This document shows, piece after piece, positions 36,952-50,381 of a DNA stretch of 64,000 bases (the stretch's first letter is position 1; every line of letters begins with the position of its first letter). The position numbers were made by a program, and so were the translations under genes. The notes beneath the pieces are model-generated. The model saw only the letters and a program-made list of their open reading frames with translations. It made no database searches and was not told the origin of the DNA. The DNA is from Craspedostauros australis. Taxonomy: Eukaryota. The DNA lies in NCBI GenBank assembly GCA_030167865.1, contig JALAGF010003533.1, forward strand, positions 1 to 64,000. The letters are read 5' to 3'.

Positions 36952-39900
36952 CTATCCATCCAGCGTGAACCATCCACTTTGAGATGAATTCAGGCTGTGA
37001 TTCGTGTCGGAAATCGCCTTGCTCTCTCCACTGGAGTTTCCTCCTTTTGAGCCTTCCGCTGATGCTGTTGTTGCGGGTGAAACGGTTGCCGTACCTGACG
37101 TCACCTCTACTTCTGCTGCTGGGTCTTGTGTCTCGCTTGCGCCGACCTGCACGTACAGAGCCTGGGCTGACCACCACACTTCTCTGCTTCCGGTCTTCTT
37201 GTTTGCGACCTCAATGCAGGCTGAGATGACGAATCGACCCTCGACGAGGTACAAGATGGACGCATCGTACCGACTACTCTCGTCCTTCGCTGTGCGCACG
37301 CTTTCATCGATTTTGGCGCACGACTTACCACACCAAGCGAATGAATCATGCCCAGCACCATCACCAAGGTGATAATGATAATGCCCATTGCCAGTCTTGG
37401 ACGCAACCGCGTTGTTGTTCTTGTCAGCGCAGCAGAACCGAATCATCAGTTCCACCTCGTCAGAGTACTCCTTGGAGAACCATTCGGCCATTTCAACCAA
37501 CGCCGCAACTGATACAGGTTCTCCGACGGTCGTGACGACGCTTTTGCTTCTGTCCTCATTCTTCGTGCCGCCAAACTCCATGTCGATGTGGAAGGGAGAC
37601 TCGCACAGTCGACCGAGAGCGAAGGGATTCTCGCTTAGAACAGCCTCCAGACACTTGGCGGGGATCTCGGTCGTACCATAACGAACTCGCTTGTTCGATG
37701 CCACCGTTGCACCGCTCGTGTGGACCTCCGTCACGGATTCGGCGTCGTCATCAGTCTCCGATTTCCATTGCAGCTTCGTCATCGAGATCAGCTTCTCGCT
37801 CACCTTGTCATCGCGTTTGAGGCGTGGGATGACTATGGGCACCTTCGAGCTGACGCCGGATGATATGCGAATGGAATTCATCTTGAGATGAGAGAAACCG
37901 AAGTCTTGGTCGTCAGGTCGCGTCAGTACTATGGGGCTGTTTGTTTCGTTCGCGATCGAAACCAGCACCACGACCTCGCCGCCTCCAACCTGTGCTCCCA
38001 CGTTCGCTGATGACGATGCGCGGGGATGGGCATGGATAGTGCGATCGCCATTGGCAATTGGCGCGACGTGGTTGGCGTTGGAAGCCGATGTCAGATCCAC
38101 CGCAAGCTGGTTGCACATCATGGCATACTCGCTCTCCCAGCTGAGATCGGGGCGGAAGGTCAATGACGAAATGCGCGCTCCTTTGATTCGGATGACGCGG
38201 AGTTTGATGTCACACTGTCGCCAAATGTCGAAAGTGTCGCTGTAGGACTTCGTTCTGTACTTTAATCGAAGTCGCATGATGCAGCCGTTGGTGTATGCAC
38301 CCAAATTTGATGCAGCCTTGATGAGAACGCTCACAGTGCTCCTTCCTCCCTCCCCAAGACCATTCAAGGAATCGAGAGATAGATTTTTCGTCGTCGCGCT
38401 CACCTCCAGTGGGGAGTTTGCATCGTCGTTGCTGCCACCCTGCGCAGCTGTGCCATCATCGGTGGATTCGCCGATCTCATGCAGCAGTTTTGATCCCGAC
38501 ACGGGCATGTCCTGGGCTGTGATCTGCAGCATTTCCACCAATCCGCAGGTTTTGGTCCGATTCTCGTTCTTCAAGACCAGAGTCGGGAGAGTGAAGCTTT
38601 CGCCATCAGAGATGGGCACCGGGATGACCGTATCTTCGTCTATTCTCGTATTGGAGAGGGCGAAAGAGACAGCCAAATTTGGTTGAGGAGGAACGACGTC
38701 AAGGCGCGGAGCCGAGACTTCGTTCACTGTGGCACTTTTCTCCTCCTCGAATTTGCGTCTCGGGAACAACGAGGTTGTCTTCGGAATGTTTGAGACCGAT
38801 GCCGCAGCCGCCTCAGACTTTCCAAACCCAAGCTCCATCTTCCTTCCCAGACACGAGATGCTGATTCCTTTGATCTCCAGGATTTCAGACCCATTCTGCG
38901 TGGCGGACTGTCCCTGAGATTTGGGGAGCAGCATGAATGGGAATTGAATCAAGAAGTCTTTCGCGAGAGCGGGGACGACAAAGGACATGGCCGGTGCCTT
39001 GGTCCGATCGTCGTCATCTGTCGAGAACACGAGCTGCGATCGCGGGACGTCCAGCGGCACGCACAGCCGATTGGAGAATCGAATCGCAACGTATCGTTCC
39101 TCACCTTCGGCGATCATGACGGTGGCGTTCTCCGCCTTATCTTTGTTGGAATTGGCGTACGGGTTGAAGAACGTCGCCATGGCGCCTTGATCTGCGTTCT
39201 CCGCGGCCTTCTTTTTCTTCTTCGCTCTCTTCAACTCGGCATGGGACTTGGATGACACGATGGTTGCGCTGATTATGGATATGGGATTGTGATGGTTGGC
39301 CTCGTTCATCCCGGCACTTCCAGCTGATGACGCTGGAAGTTCCTTCCGAAGAGCGTAGAGCTGCGAGATCAGCTTCCGTTGCGCGATGACGCATTCTTCA
39401 AGCTTGACCCCTGACCAGACGGATTTCAGAGCCACGATAGAGTACGAGACGTCCGAACTGTCTGCCAACGGAAGCAGAATCGTCTTGATTGGCTTGTCAT
39501 CGACCCAGCGAGACTGCGCAGCGACCAGCAGCGACGATGTCTCTTTGGAATTTTGGTTGAAGAATGTGCCGCCTTTGCTCCTTGCGTTCTGCAGCGCGTC
39601 CTGCGCTTGATTTCGCACGTAGGAACGAGCCGCCGTGACGACTGACTCGGCAGTGTACGACACGCTGTCATCGTAGTCGTCTCCGTTGGTCTTCGGGGTG
39701 GATCCCAACCGTCCATCTTGCACTGGCACCGAATTGAATTTGCCCAGGAAATCGGCAACCTTGGACCCGCTGGACTTTGGGTTGGGCTGGATCTCTCCCA
39801 GCAGCGATAGTAGCGAGACGGCTGAATTTTCAGAATGTGCCCGGCTGCTCAGCAAGGTCTGAGCGTGCAGCGCGGTGGCCCTGAGCGTTGCCCAGCCGTA

Positions 39901-42494
39901 CCTGGAGGAATGCGATTGGTTGCCCATCTTGGCGTACAGCGCACTTGCCTGACTCCATAGGATTTCCTCCCGACGATCGGATTCATCAACATCAACCTCT
40001 GATATTGCCTCTGCCGCCGCCGTGACGAAGAATGCGGCCTTGCGCTTGAACTGCACCCGACTCTGCGAACGCCCAACTGTCGCTGGATGGTCGGTTGGCT
40101 GTTCACGTTATGCGGCAGCGCAACAGCGCAACGGCACAATAGTTGAGAAGTGCCATCATTGGTGGTGGAGCATACCAACATGTACCATGCATCGTCCATG
40201 AGCCCAAGCACAAAGAGATGACCAAAGAAAGAGAGATATTTTTGTGCATGTGAGTGCAAGTATGCGAGCGTGATTTGTATCATGCTCTCTACCAGGAGAC
40301 AGTACAGGTGTGCCAAGCGTGATTTGATCCCAGCAAAGGAAGCACACAAAGGAGGCGTTGTACCGCTACACCATTGCACCGCATCGCGACGTAGGTTTGG
40401 AACCAAACTGGTTCAATCGGGTCTGCCAAGCAACGTATGCACAGTGCACCGTACGCATACCTCGCACATACGTAGAGGGACGAAGCGAAATTTGAAACTT
40501 ACCCTCAAGCCTCTGAGGCAGATTGACGCGCAGCAGAGGGCGGCATCTGCTCGTGACACGGGATCTAGGGCTCCGTTCGAAATGGCTCGATGCATGAGGC
40601 TGGACAAGTTTTGGCACCGTCGGAACGTGTTTTGGGAAATCACGTCATCACCATTCTTGGTGCTCATGTCCAGGAAGTTCATGCGCGTTATGGAGGATCG
40701 CTGCCAACGGCGTGGCTTGCCGCCTGAGGCGTCGCCGCCGTAGCACTCTTCTCCGAGGCCCCATTGGCATTTTAGGTGCAGATCTTCCAGCTCGGCAGTG
40801 TACCACGACATCTTCAGGAGGAGTTCCGCGTAAGCTGGCGCCAATTGTGCATGACGACTGAAAATACCGAGCGCCTCGTCACACAGGGCTGCCACGACGT
40901 TGGGCATCGTCTGTTTGTTGATCGATGTTTGTCTTGATTTGCCTTCCCCCGCCGATTGGATGGCGCATGCCATGATTTCTTCCGGGAGCTGGAAGGAGCT
41001 GTCGAGGTAATCATCCACATTGAAGCCTCCTACATCCGCCATGGCGACGTGCGCTGCTGCGCATCCCTCCAAGGCGCTGGCATACCAGAGTGGATCCGGG
41101 GTGCTGTTCTTGCAAAGTTCAGCGGCCTTGGTGTAGCGTTCGTAAGCGTCGATGGGCGATCCGGCAAGCAGCGCCATGTCGCCAGCGAACTTCTCCCGCC
41201 GCCCCACCTCTCTGCGCAGGAAGCCTTGCGCGTCCTTGGGTGATAGCTCGGATAGATCCCACACGTCGTCAAGAGGCGTGAGGAGTTGCGCCTCCGTGCA
41301 CGCGCCCTTGGGTCCCGGGGCCCCGACGTTTTTGTGTTGCTTGGAGTGAGACGCGTTAGACTTCTTGGTCGGCGTGACGGATGCCAACTTGCTCTCCGGG
41401 CTCACCACCGAAGCGATGGCCACGAGGCTTGCGTTGGAGGGGGCTTTGGGTCCGCTGTTGTCGTTGTCGCTGTTCGTGGACATGCTGCTGGTGGCCTTGG
41501 AGAAGAATCGTTTGGTGGCTGCTGCAGGAGTCAGGGGTTGTCCATGGGATCCCGTGACCGCGTCTGATTCGCGGATCCGTTTCTCCAGTTCCTCGAAGAT
41601 GGACACGGCGATGCCGTCAACGACGACATTCATGTGGCCATCGAGCAGTGCGATCTGGTCGTCATCGGTCGGTGGGAAGGGCACCAGCGAGGAACCGAGG
41701 GAGGCAACGAGGTCGGCCTTCTCCAGATCGATCATGTTTGAATCGTGGGCGCTGTCGTAGACGAAGAGCCGCTGGATGACCGCGTCCCGTTCGAAGTCGC
41801 GGCCGTGCGCGGTGACTTCGTAGGGTGGCGTGGAGTACCGATCCGCCCAGTACTGCCATTCCTCCTCGGCTCGTTTCAGCGTCTCCAGGTCAGGACAGTC
41901 GCGGATGTTCAAAACCCCGATGACCGCCGCCGTCCGCCGGTGAGGGCAGATGTCGATCCAGTTGCGCGTCAGCCCGTGGTTCATGAGGCGATCATGCGCC
42001 GCACGCGATCGATCTGGACGACCATCGAAGAAGCGGATGCGTTGGCAACCGTGCTCCCAGTGGAAGTTCTTGAGCGGAGTGTCGTCGTAGCGCCACTCGC
42101 CGGGTCTGGTGAGGTTGGCGTTGGGCACCACGAGCAGCACATCATTTCCCGCGGCGGCGTTCGCTGTGTCGTTGTCGTCCTCCTTGTCGTCGTCGATGCT
42201 GCTGCCACCCCTGTTGGCATTGGCAGCTGCGTCGCCATCTTCATTGGCCTCCTGGCCGTTCGTTGGCTTGCCGTACCGAGCCAGCGATTGGAACAGCGTT
42301 TGGAATGACGCAGTGGAGTACGTCTCCGGGTTCCCCTGCTCGTCCAGATGGCCGCCGCTGCTTGCATTGCCGCTGCTGAGGAGTGGGATGACGGCCACGG
42401 CGTTCGTGGCAGCGTGCCGGAATGTGGGCTGCCCGGGTATCTGGGACAGAGTGGCCGGAGCCACGCCACTTCCAAGGCTCGATCGACGCGACAT
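36952..42494 (-). CDS. TRAPPC9: TRAPP II complex subunit Trs120/TRAPPC9; exons 42494-40503, 40098-36952; about 1712 aa
   Basis: Motifs HRRTAAVIGV, GRREKFAGDMALLAG, DPLWYASALEG, FKRKAAFF, GWATL and FFNPY. Phase-0 intron GTAAGT...AACAG. Confidence 0.88.
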
Positions 42495-43252
42495 GCTGTG
42501 CTTTGCTGTCCGATCCTGTGCGCTGACTGGCAACCGCCAAGCTTTCTCCCTTGTTGGTTGGTTTGTTTGTTTCTGTGTTTGTGTGGTTGCTTCCACGTTG
42601 AGTTGCGCACAGCGCGAGTGTGTGTGTGGCTGATTGATGCCTTGACCGATATTATAGAATACCTGTGAGCTACCAGTGCGGGTATGGTATGGTGCGAGGG
42701 CCACGAGTAGCTCGTTTGGTGGAAGCAAATGTTCGCTCCTGTGATCACAGCAACAGCATTGTCATTGCAGCTTTGTTGCGCACAACGAGAAGTGGTGGGA
42801 GCAAAGATTTTCATTCTCTTTCGTGCAAAGTCGTCGTGTTGGTTTGGTTCGTGAATGAGGTTGCCAACACGTGATTGACTTAGAGCACCCTATTGTCGCC
42901 AAAAGTCCCGTGCGGAAGGGCATCAAAGAGAGGCAACCGTTCAGGGCATCGATAGTCGTACGACACCGGCACAATGCACACCGCCACAACATGGAGTGTT
43001 CTTTGGCTGCGCTTATTTTCTTTGCTTTAGGTTACGAATGTTCTGCTCATTGAAGATGGGCGGAGCGTGCTTGCGTGACTGCTGCAGAGTTGCATCGCGG
43101 GATCGCACGTGCTCGCATGTGACCTTGGCCTGCGAGCACGACAGTCGCGCAGACACTTGAAGCCATCGGCATGATTTCGTGCCTCGAGGAAGCATGCTAT
43201 CATGCTCTTGCTCTCAACGAGTGCTGTATTCTTGCATCGACCTCCGGGTTCT

Positions 43253-45843
43253 CTAAACGGTTTCCTCCTTCGTGGACAGGATGGTCTCGACGGAGACTTC
43301 CTTGATGTTGTAGTTGGCATCGTCGTCACTGTCGTATCCATCGAGGAAGTCGATGTGTCGCGCTCGCTGTTCTCTTCGGAGCGCGCTGGATGCGGCGCGG
43401 ACGTCTCTGTACTTTTGGCGTTCGTCGCGCTTTCCCTTCGTCTCCTCCAGGTACAGCATGCGCGCTCGCTCCTTGTCGGCCTTTTCGAACTGCTGCTCGT
43501 ACTTCTTGAGGTTCTTGCGGACCTTGCCGATCTGGCTCTTGGAGAGCAGCGTCTCGCGAGGGCGCCAGATGAACTGGTAGAACGTTTCGAACGACTGCTG
43601 GTGCAGCTGTCTGCCCTGGAAGGACCAGAGGATGTAACCGTTGTCCATGGCGAATTTGAAGTGCCCACCCTCGATCGCCTGTGTGACGCAAGTCGCGACC
43701 GTGCGTCCGGATGGGTCCCAGATCACCTGGTTGGCACGGTAATGCTCCTTCACGACCAGGGTCTTCGTATCGATGTTGTAAAACTCGAGCGTTCCCGACG
43801 CCGAGTCACCCAGGCTGGCCAGGACGATTGTCTGCCCCGCAGGACTCCAGAACAGCATGTTGCACTGCTTGCCTTCCATGGTCTCCAACAGGGTCACCTC
43901 TGGGACCTTCACAATGGTCTTTTGCTGCTTGCCCTTCTTGGCTGACTTGCCAACGGTCAGGGTCTCCTGCTTCTTCATCATGTCGTAGAAGGAGACATCC
44001 ACCTTTGTTGACGATGGGTTCTCGGCATGGATCATGGCGAACCTGGTGCCGCGCGGTTCCCAAACGAGGGACATGACGGCGTCCTTCATGTCGATCATCT
44101 CGACGGGGATGCCTTCGTCCATGACTCGGAACAGCTCGATGTTGTTGTACATTGTCTTCTTCGACTTGGTGTGGCGCGTGACCTTCACGGCAAGGTAGGT
44201 ACCATCAGGGTGGAACACCATGTTGCATTTGGTGACGTTGAACAGATTCTTTTGTCTGAGCTTCTTTCTGCTCGGGATCTCGATGACGTCCACGTGGGCA
44301 GGCGTGTTCTGGTCTTCTGGCGCCTATCCAAATCGTGCAACGAAAGCATCGTTTCCATATGCGTGATCGTGCAAGTCAGTAGGCGGAGAGATTATGGAGG
44401 TATGCGTACAGTAGGTGAGAATGGGATGTTCAAAGGTGCCATAGGTTGCTTGTTTGCAAACACTGCAAGTTTCACGACAGCAAAGTGATGGAGGCTGTCT
44501 TCGCACAATAGGACCTGAAGGAGATCATGTCATGCATTGGTTCGGTGGTGCAATGATCTGATCTGACCCGATATCACGATGGTCTTCTTCGTGTTGGCTT
44601 TTGTTGTCGTTGTGGCTGGTGTGCACTTTTTGAGCATGTATTGCGTTTCAATTCCAGTCCAGTCCACGCAATTCAGTTCAATCCACTTGTCTCGAATTGG
44701 CATGGCATGGCATAACATAACAAAACACAGCATAACATGACTTACCCAGTACGTCAGGATGTTGGCCTTGGGGGACCACTGGAATTCAAGAATTCCATCT
44801 GCAATCAAGGACATGGAGTCGAGCAGCTTCATGGATGGGCACACAAGGATGGTGATGGCGTCGGTTGTCATCCGCGCGAGGTACTGATCATCATGGGACC
44901 ATTGGAAGGCAGGTGGAAGTGGCAACTCTTCGAATTCATCAAGCTTCATCTTATCCGGGTAGAGCGGGAACGCCTTCAGCAACTTTCCGGTCTGGACGTG
45001 GAACACCTTGATGGCTTCCTTGTCATCCTTCCTCATGTTGTTGGTGATGAGGTAGTTTTCCTGAGGGGAGAAGAGGATCGTTCGCACATCAGGTGCGCTG
45101 AAGCGTCCGCACTTCTCGTAGTTCGATCCGCCCCACAAGATCACACCACGCGCCGGCACCAGCGTGGCGAGGTAGCTTCCCTTTGGCGACCAGTGGCAGT
45201 AGTACGAGCACCACACGGCACCTGCCTCCTTCTCTCTGGCTCCGTCGTAATCGACGATGGGCTCGTTCTTCGCATCCCACCACGACACCGACGTTTCGCT
45301 GCCCTGGCGGATGATGAACTGATCGCGCTGGCTCGTGTCCTCCAGCCAGGACATCGTGTTTGGCTTTTCCACGAAGGGGGCCGGTTCCGGTTCCTTGAAC
45401 TCGTCGGGGCCTGGCTTCTGCAGCTTCATCGCCGTGTTGAACGGGTAGATCTCCAGGACGTGGTTCTTGTCGAACCTGTAGTTATGCAGGACCTGCAGGG
45501 CCTGCTTGTAGTCAGCGATGCTGGCGAACTCGGCAAACACAAAGCCGAGCGATTTGCCGGCCTCGGAATCGAACGGCATGTCCACTCCGGTGTATCCAGT
45601 CCCCTCGTCCATCGCAAGCTGTCCCACCTTCATGATGAGCTTGGTGACCGCCTTCGTGAGCTTTCCCACCTTGGCCTCTGGCACGATGGGCAAGTTCGCG
45701 ATGATGATGGCATTGTCCAAGGACTCCTTCAGCGGTGGGTAATCTGGCTCGGGATCCAACGGCGTATCGCTGAAGTATCCGTCCAGCTCCTCGGCCTCGT
45801 CGGCGAGCATATCCTCGACCGTCTTCTCTTCTTCGCCCGACAT
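43253..45843 (-). CDS. eIF3b: Eukaryotic translation initiation factor 3 subunit B; exons 45843-44746, 44323-43253; 722 aa
   Basis: N-terminal RRM (NLPIVP, GFVFAEF, FDKNH) and WD-like motifs (WSPKGSYL, FSPQENYL, WDPSGR, DNGY.LWSFQG, WRPR). Confidence 0.97.
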
Positions 45844-47592
45844 GGTGTGTGGTTCTTCCTTCCCTCTTGATGTACCTGTATGGATGCCAAGGCGCGGGGT
45901 GTGCAGGTGCAGGCGTAGATGCAGATGCAGGTATGGAGGTGGAGGTAGTTGTATCCGTGGATAACAGTGGTATCCAACTGTCCAGATGTTGGTGGATTGT
46001 TGCAATCATTCGCACCACAAACAACAACAACAATCCAAACACCAACACCAACACCAACAACAACGACAAGAAGAAGAGGCGGAGCAAATTTCACTCGCCG
46101 AGCTTCGCAGCCACGCAAAAACAACAGGCGACACAGCGGCCACCATGGCCGTCCATCCCAGAAACAGTTCACAATTGGCCGTGTCTGTCCGTCTATCAGT
46201 TCAATTGTGGTGAAACAACCCAAGATCTCCATTTGAACCTCCTTCAGTACCATGGAGTTTGGTCAGGTCACATGGGTCATGCGGCATCATTCCCGCATTC
46301 CAATACCACGACTGAGATGAGACAGACCTGTTCGGAACAATCCCGTTTTTATTGTGGGTCGCATAGTCATCAACCGCAGCTGCCGGTGTCAACAAAGTAC
46401 TTGTTCAGGTCCTTTCGGCGAAATTGTTCGCGGAACTTCCTGGGACGCAACGAACTTCCGTTCATTTCGGTGTCTTCTTTTGCGAACTGATGGGTCATTC
46501 TGATTGGCTGAGCATAGTTTAAGCGCAATGCAATGTCAAACACTAAACCGATTGTCCGTCTGCGGCATTGCCATGGGACTCAGTTAATCGTGATAGGCCA
46601 CGGACACAACAAAACTGGCACAACCAGTCACAAGAGCAACGAAAACCGGGCAGATAGGACAAAGCAGGATTGCTGCCATGCCATTTCACCCAAGACAAAC
46701 GAGGTTAAACAGGAACGCATTCGCTGGGGGGGCCGTTGGAGAGGATGATCGGTACTTTGTCTACGGCTCGGACACCTCCTACTGACACGCTCACGTACAA
46801 TTCTACGTGCGGAGTTTTGAAACGCCTCCCCCAGTACTGGCATCATTCGAAGAACGCTTTGAGTCCACCAAGCAGACAGAAAATGTCGACACCAGACACA
46901 CACGAAACATGCACAGCATCAAAAGGGTTCATGAAGAGTGGCCGTTCTGCAATGTCACCGCAACACCGGCAAAACTCGCGAGGGACGAGAGAGGAGATTA
47001 CGGCGAGTCGCACCGTTGCGGCGTTCGGAGAGGCTCCGGGCGCAGCGTGTCACGCTCGTGCCCGTACTGTGCTCGTACGGTGCTTGTAGTACTACTTGAA
47101 CGGTGCTGGTGCTGGTACTTGTACTTGCAGTCTCCTCTGACAGTGGCTTCTCTGGTACAAATAGCTCGCGGAAGACCGTTCCGCACGGCCCAATTCGACT
47201 CAATTCAATTCAACTCAAGAGAGTCCGTCTCGCGTATGTACATTTCGTACTATCACGAGCTACGACCAACAATACTGGATGATACTCTACTCGTGTTTGC
47301 AGCGCACGAGCTCCGCCTGGTAGCGAGAATACAAGACACAAGGAAAGGAAGAACAGCAAAAACTCAAAAGCTCAGAGGCTCAAAAGCAGGACCACGACTA
47401 CCAACTGTGCCTCTTTTGTTGCCTGAACTTCGAACAGCAGCACACACACGCACGGCAACAACAGTGCATAAAATTCAACACGCACAAACCAAAGGGCTAA
47501 AAAACTACCGTGGCAAACGTACACGTACACACACACACCCATCCCAAAAAAAAACAGACAAACAAACCAAACCACCCAACCAAATCAACACC

Positions 47593-48881
47593 ATGACGAT
47601 AAAGGTAGAACAGGAAGCTCTTCTTCGCGTGCTCAGCAGACAACCGCTGCTGCAATCATCATCAACCGCACCATCATCGCCATCTTCCTCCCGCCTGTGC
47701 GCAGCGCCGATACCTGATGAGGAGTTCGTGATCGTCGACATACCCAAATCGCTGGCTCCGATCGCCGAGGATCGGAGTGGCGTTAAGCAACGCAACCACC
47801 TGCTGTCTTTGCTGGACGATGTTGACCATCCGCAGTCGGATGATCCTTCGATCTGCACAGTATCGACCGACTCCCTGTCAACCGACTCGGAATCGATATC
47901 GAGGAGAGTGTCGTTTGCTGCTCCGTTGGTAACCGAGGAGTGGACAAGGCCATGGACCCTCCGTGATGACGTGCCGCTGCTGTATTATTCCACCGAAGAA
48001 ACCACCAGGTTCGTGACAATCAACGCCGAAGCAACATCGTAGCATCATCCACTGTTTGCGCCGTTCCTTTCCTCGTTATCCTGCCGCGTCCGTCGCTCTG
48101 CGCATAGCTCAATGGCTCTCACGATGATGAACATCATCCGTCCGTCCTCTTGGTTGGCGGCGCTTCGTGCATCTCCGCGTACATGATGGTATAGTTTCTA
48201 CGTGCGAAGAAATTAGCCGCAAGACGAATGCCAAAGCTATCCAGAGCCCCACTTCGACCGAAAGCAGGGCAACGGATGCGCTCCACGGCAATGTCATGCA
48301 TCGCAAGGCCTGGAGCATCCCGTCCTTCGTGCATGCGCAGCCGAGGGGCATGCCTGCTGGTGCAGGCTCTGGCGTCCGTTGGCTCGCCGTTCTCGCCTGC
48401 GTCAATCATCGTGTCAACGTCACATCAACCGCCATCATTGCTCACCAACAACGCCATCACCCAATCTCAACCTCTTCCTTCCGCCATTCACCTCGCACAA
48501 ACCATCCGGTGACTCGATCGCTCACGATCACCATCAATGCTCTTGACAACGTCTCTTGCTTACAGGTTTCGCCAAGAGTACCGGCTGGAACGCAAAGTGC
48601 TGAGTGAACTGTCGCTAGATCCGGAAGACCCTGCCGTCGAGACGGATGGTCTGACTGGACTGTTCACCACTTCACCAACCAACAAGGCCAATCGTCATCA
48701 CATCTCCCGCGTCGTTGTCCTTCACAACGACAAGATCGAGACCTTCTTCAGCCCCGACACGGAGACGGAGACCACCGACGTTCCGCAGGAACCTGTGGCG
48801 GCACCCAAGCTGCCAGCAGGTCTCAGCGGAGACTTCTTTGACAACGACAGCTTCTGGAGCGGATCCCTCACATGGTACTAG
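47593..48881 (+). CDS. Hypothetical protein with RRVSF motif; exons 47593-48008, 48566-48881; 243 aa
   Basis: Intron GTTCGT...TACAG joins LYYSTEETT-R-FRQEYRLER in frame. AC-rich 5' leader; C-terminus FWSGSLTWY. Confidence 0.75.
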
Positions 48882-50381
48882 CATCCCGCAGGCATGCAAC
48901 AGCATCAACAACAACAAACATCGTACATTTTGTATGTTGAACGTCTGCATTGCCGATCAAAGGATCAGATGCTAGTACACTTTGTGAATCCGAAAAACAC
49001 ACATCCAGCACGCTTGTCAGCGCAAGAAGGTTAAGTGGTCTCCGTCCCGTGCCTCTCTTTGCCCCTCGCCGGGGCAACCCGCCGTCGCTGCTCTCTCTTC
49101 AGTATCACTACAGACACATCCACACAATAGAGGAAGAGAGACAGCACAGCGGATCCCCCGGCGATCGGTGACAATACCACCACGAAGAAGGAACGAACAA
49201 GGGAACACCGATGATGACGACGACATCTCATGGTTGAAGTCAATGTAAATCTGTACCATTATCATCATCATTTGGGAAAAAGGGAAAGGGAAACGAGTTC
49301 ATTTCACCAAACAAACAAAGACAAGCTGTGTTTTTTGTATTCATAAAGCTACATACGGTCAGCGGGGCAAACAACGATACTACCAACGCCCTGCGGGTCC
49401 TTCATATTCATTCATCCTTGCATGACGCAAAGCAAACTTCGACGCATCGAAGTACTTGTGCACGCCTGTTGTAAACTGTACCAACACTATTAAAAACGAA
49501 AACTAGATGGGGAAACCAAGTAAAATTAACTAACAAACAAACTTACCAAACAAACAAAGCGACCAATCCGCCTCTCACTCCCAATCCAAGTTCTGACTGC
49601 GAACGGATCCATCATTCCAAGCCTTTCGGCGAGCACGATCGCATGCCGCATAATCGCATCGCTGGGAACCAATAGGGCAACAACCAGCAGCATCTCGTCC
49701 CAGGAACATGGGGCCTTCGTATCGCCTTCGCTACACCCTCTCCAATCTTGGGATCATTGTGGCATTCTGACACATGACATGCGAACTATCAAGTTCGTGG
49801 CTTGTCCTCGTGGTCGTCCTCGCATTGGTAACAAGATGTCAACACAAACAGCTCCTGATTTTTTTGGCTTCCGAAGTCGCGGCGGAAAAGGCGCGCGTGT
49901 GTTGACGCTGCGCTTCCCATTGAAAAACGGCGATCGCATCCGCGAGGACGTGCACAACGTCGCAGATGATCAACGTGACCAATCCAAAACGTGTTTGCTC
50001 GGTTGGAATTCGGAATTCGGAGTTCAGCAATTTGATGAATGAGCACACACACGCCAGCCTCGCGACAATTGATGGGTCGTGTTGAGATTTGTGTCAACGA
50101 AGAGAAGCGCGCCATGTCATCCTCTCTCTAGCCTCGTCTGTATTAGACTAATAGTGAAGCATAGTAGCTCGTAGTCGTATCATGACTCTGTGCATGTCAT
50201 CTGGTGTTGTTTGGAAGCGCTCCTTGGCAATCCACAGGATGGCGACATGGTCACCATGGCATGTGCTAGAATCCAGAGGTTGTCCTTTGTCGTGTGCTGT
50301 GCACTCCATCCATGCCGCAGTACTCGTGTACGTACAATAGTTTGGAGGACTGCAATCGATGAGTGCTCTCCCATACTTGCA

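Noticed and set aside
44737-45870. 377-aa plus-strand ORF
   Set aside because: Antisense to eIF3b exon 1.
46807-47592. Long upstream extension of ORF 46807-48042
   Set aside because: Non-ATG start running through an AC-rich leader; the credible start is 47593.
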